Origin: Nageia nagi
Taxonomy: Eukaryota; Plantae; Pinophyta
Length of the DNA: 64,000 nucleotides
Direction of reading: 5' to 3'
Assembly (NCBI GenBank): GCA_050084985.1
Contig: JBITNC010000002.1
Coordinates: forward strand, 26,102,001 to 26,166,000
In this document: positions 63,961 through 64,000 of the stretch, in pieces
Numbering within the stretch: the stretch's first letter is position 1
Layout: each line of letters starts with the position of its first letter
The notes under the pieces: generated by a model
What the model was told of the DNA's origin: nothing
The model's input: the letters and a program-made list of their open reading frames with translations, nothing else
Databases searched by the model: none
Position numbers and translations under genes: made by a program

Positions 63961-64000
63961 GATGGTGAGCAGGAACTTTATGATAATTGGATTTTAGATC

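Overview
Eukaryotic, AT-rich, CpG-depleted plant nuclear DNA. Giant TE-filled introns, PLS-type PPR debris and the retroelement types suggest a gymnosperm (inference). The only firmly recognisable host gene is amino-acid N-acetyltransferase (NAGS). Its last two exons (10716-10788, 22443-22602, +) are missed by the ORF track and are separated by an 11.65-kb intron, with more than 10.7 kb of intron upstream. A probable first exon of another gene lies at 62855-62929. The rest is nested mobile DNA: a hAT MITE with 8-bp TSD, a non-autonomous gypsy-like LTR element, three Ty1/copia elements (11490-18619 -, 41539-50333 -, 53140-60421 +), solo LTRs, L1/LINE remnants, a poly(A)-tailed RT-less retroposon, a MULE-like MITE, a SINE-like head and a PPR pseudogene. 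The most interesting object is the copia family at 41.5-60.4 kb. The young non-autonomous copy carries (i) a 3'-UTR array of hairpins with paired stem substitutions, each overlapping a GTRAGT splice-donor/U1 motif, (ii) captured PPR-gene fragments in a long, probably intronic leader, (iii) a conserved structured leader block, (iv) an in-frame double deletion that keeps only 17 nt of RT, and (v) a solo LTR of its own family nested inside it. All three copia elements also enclose their PPT/U3 junction in an inverted repeat. All comparisons were made by eye; no searches were run.
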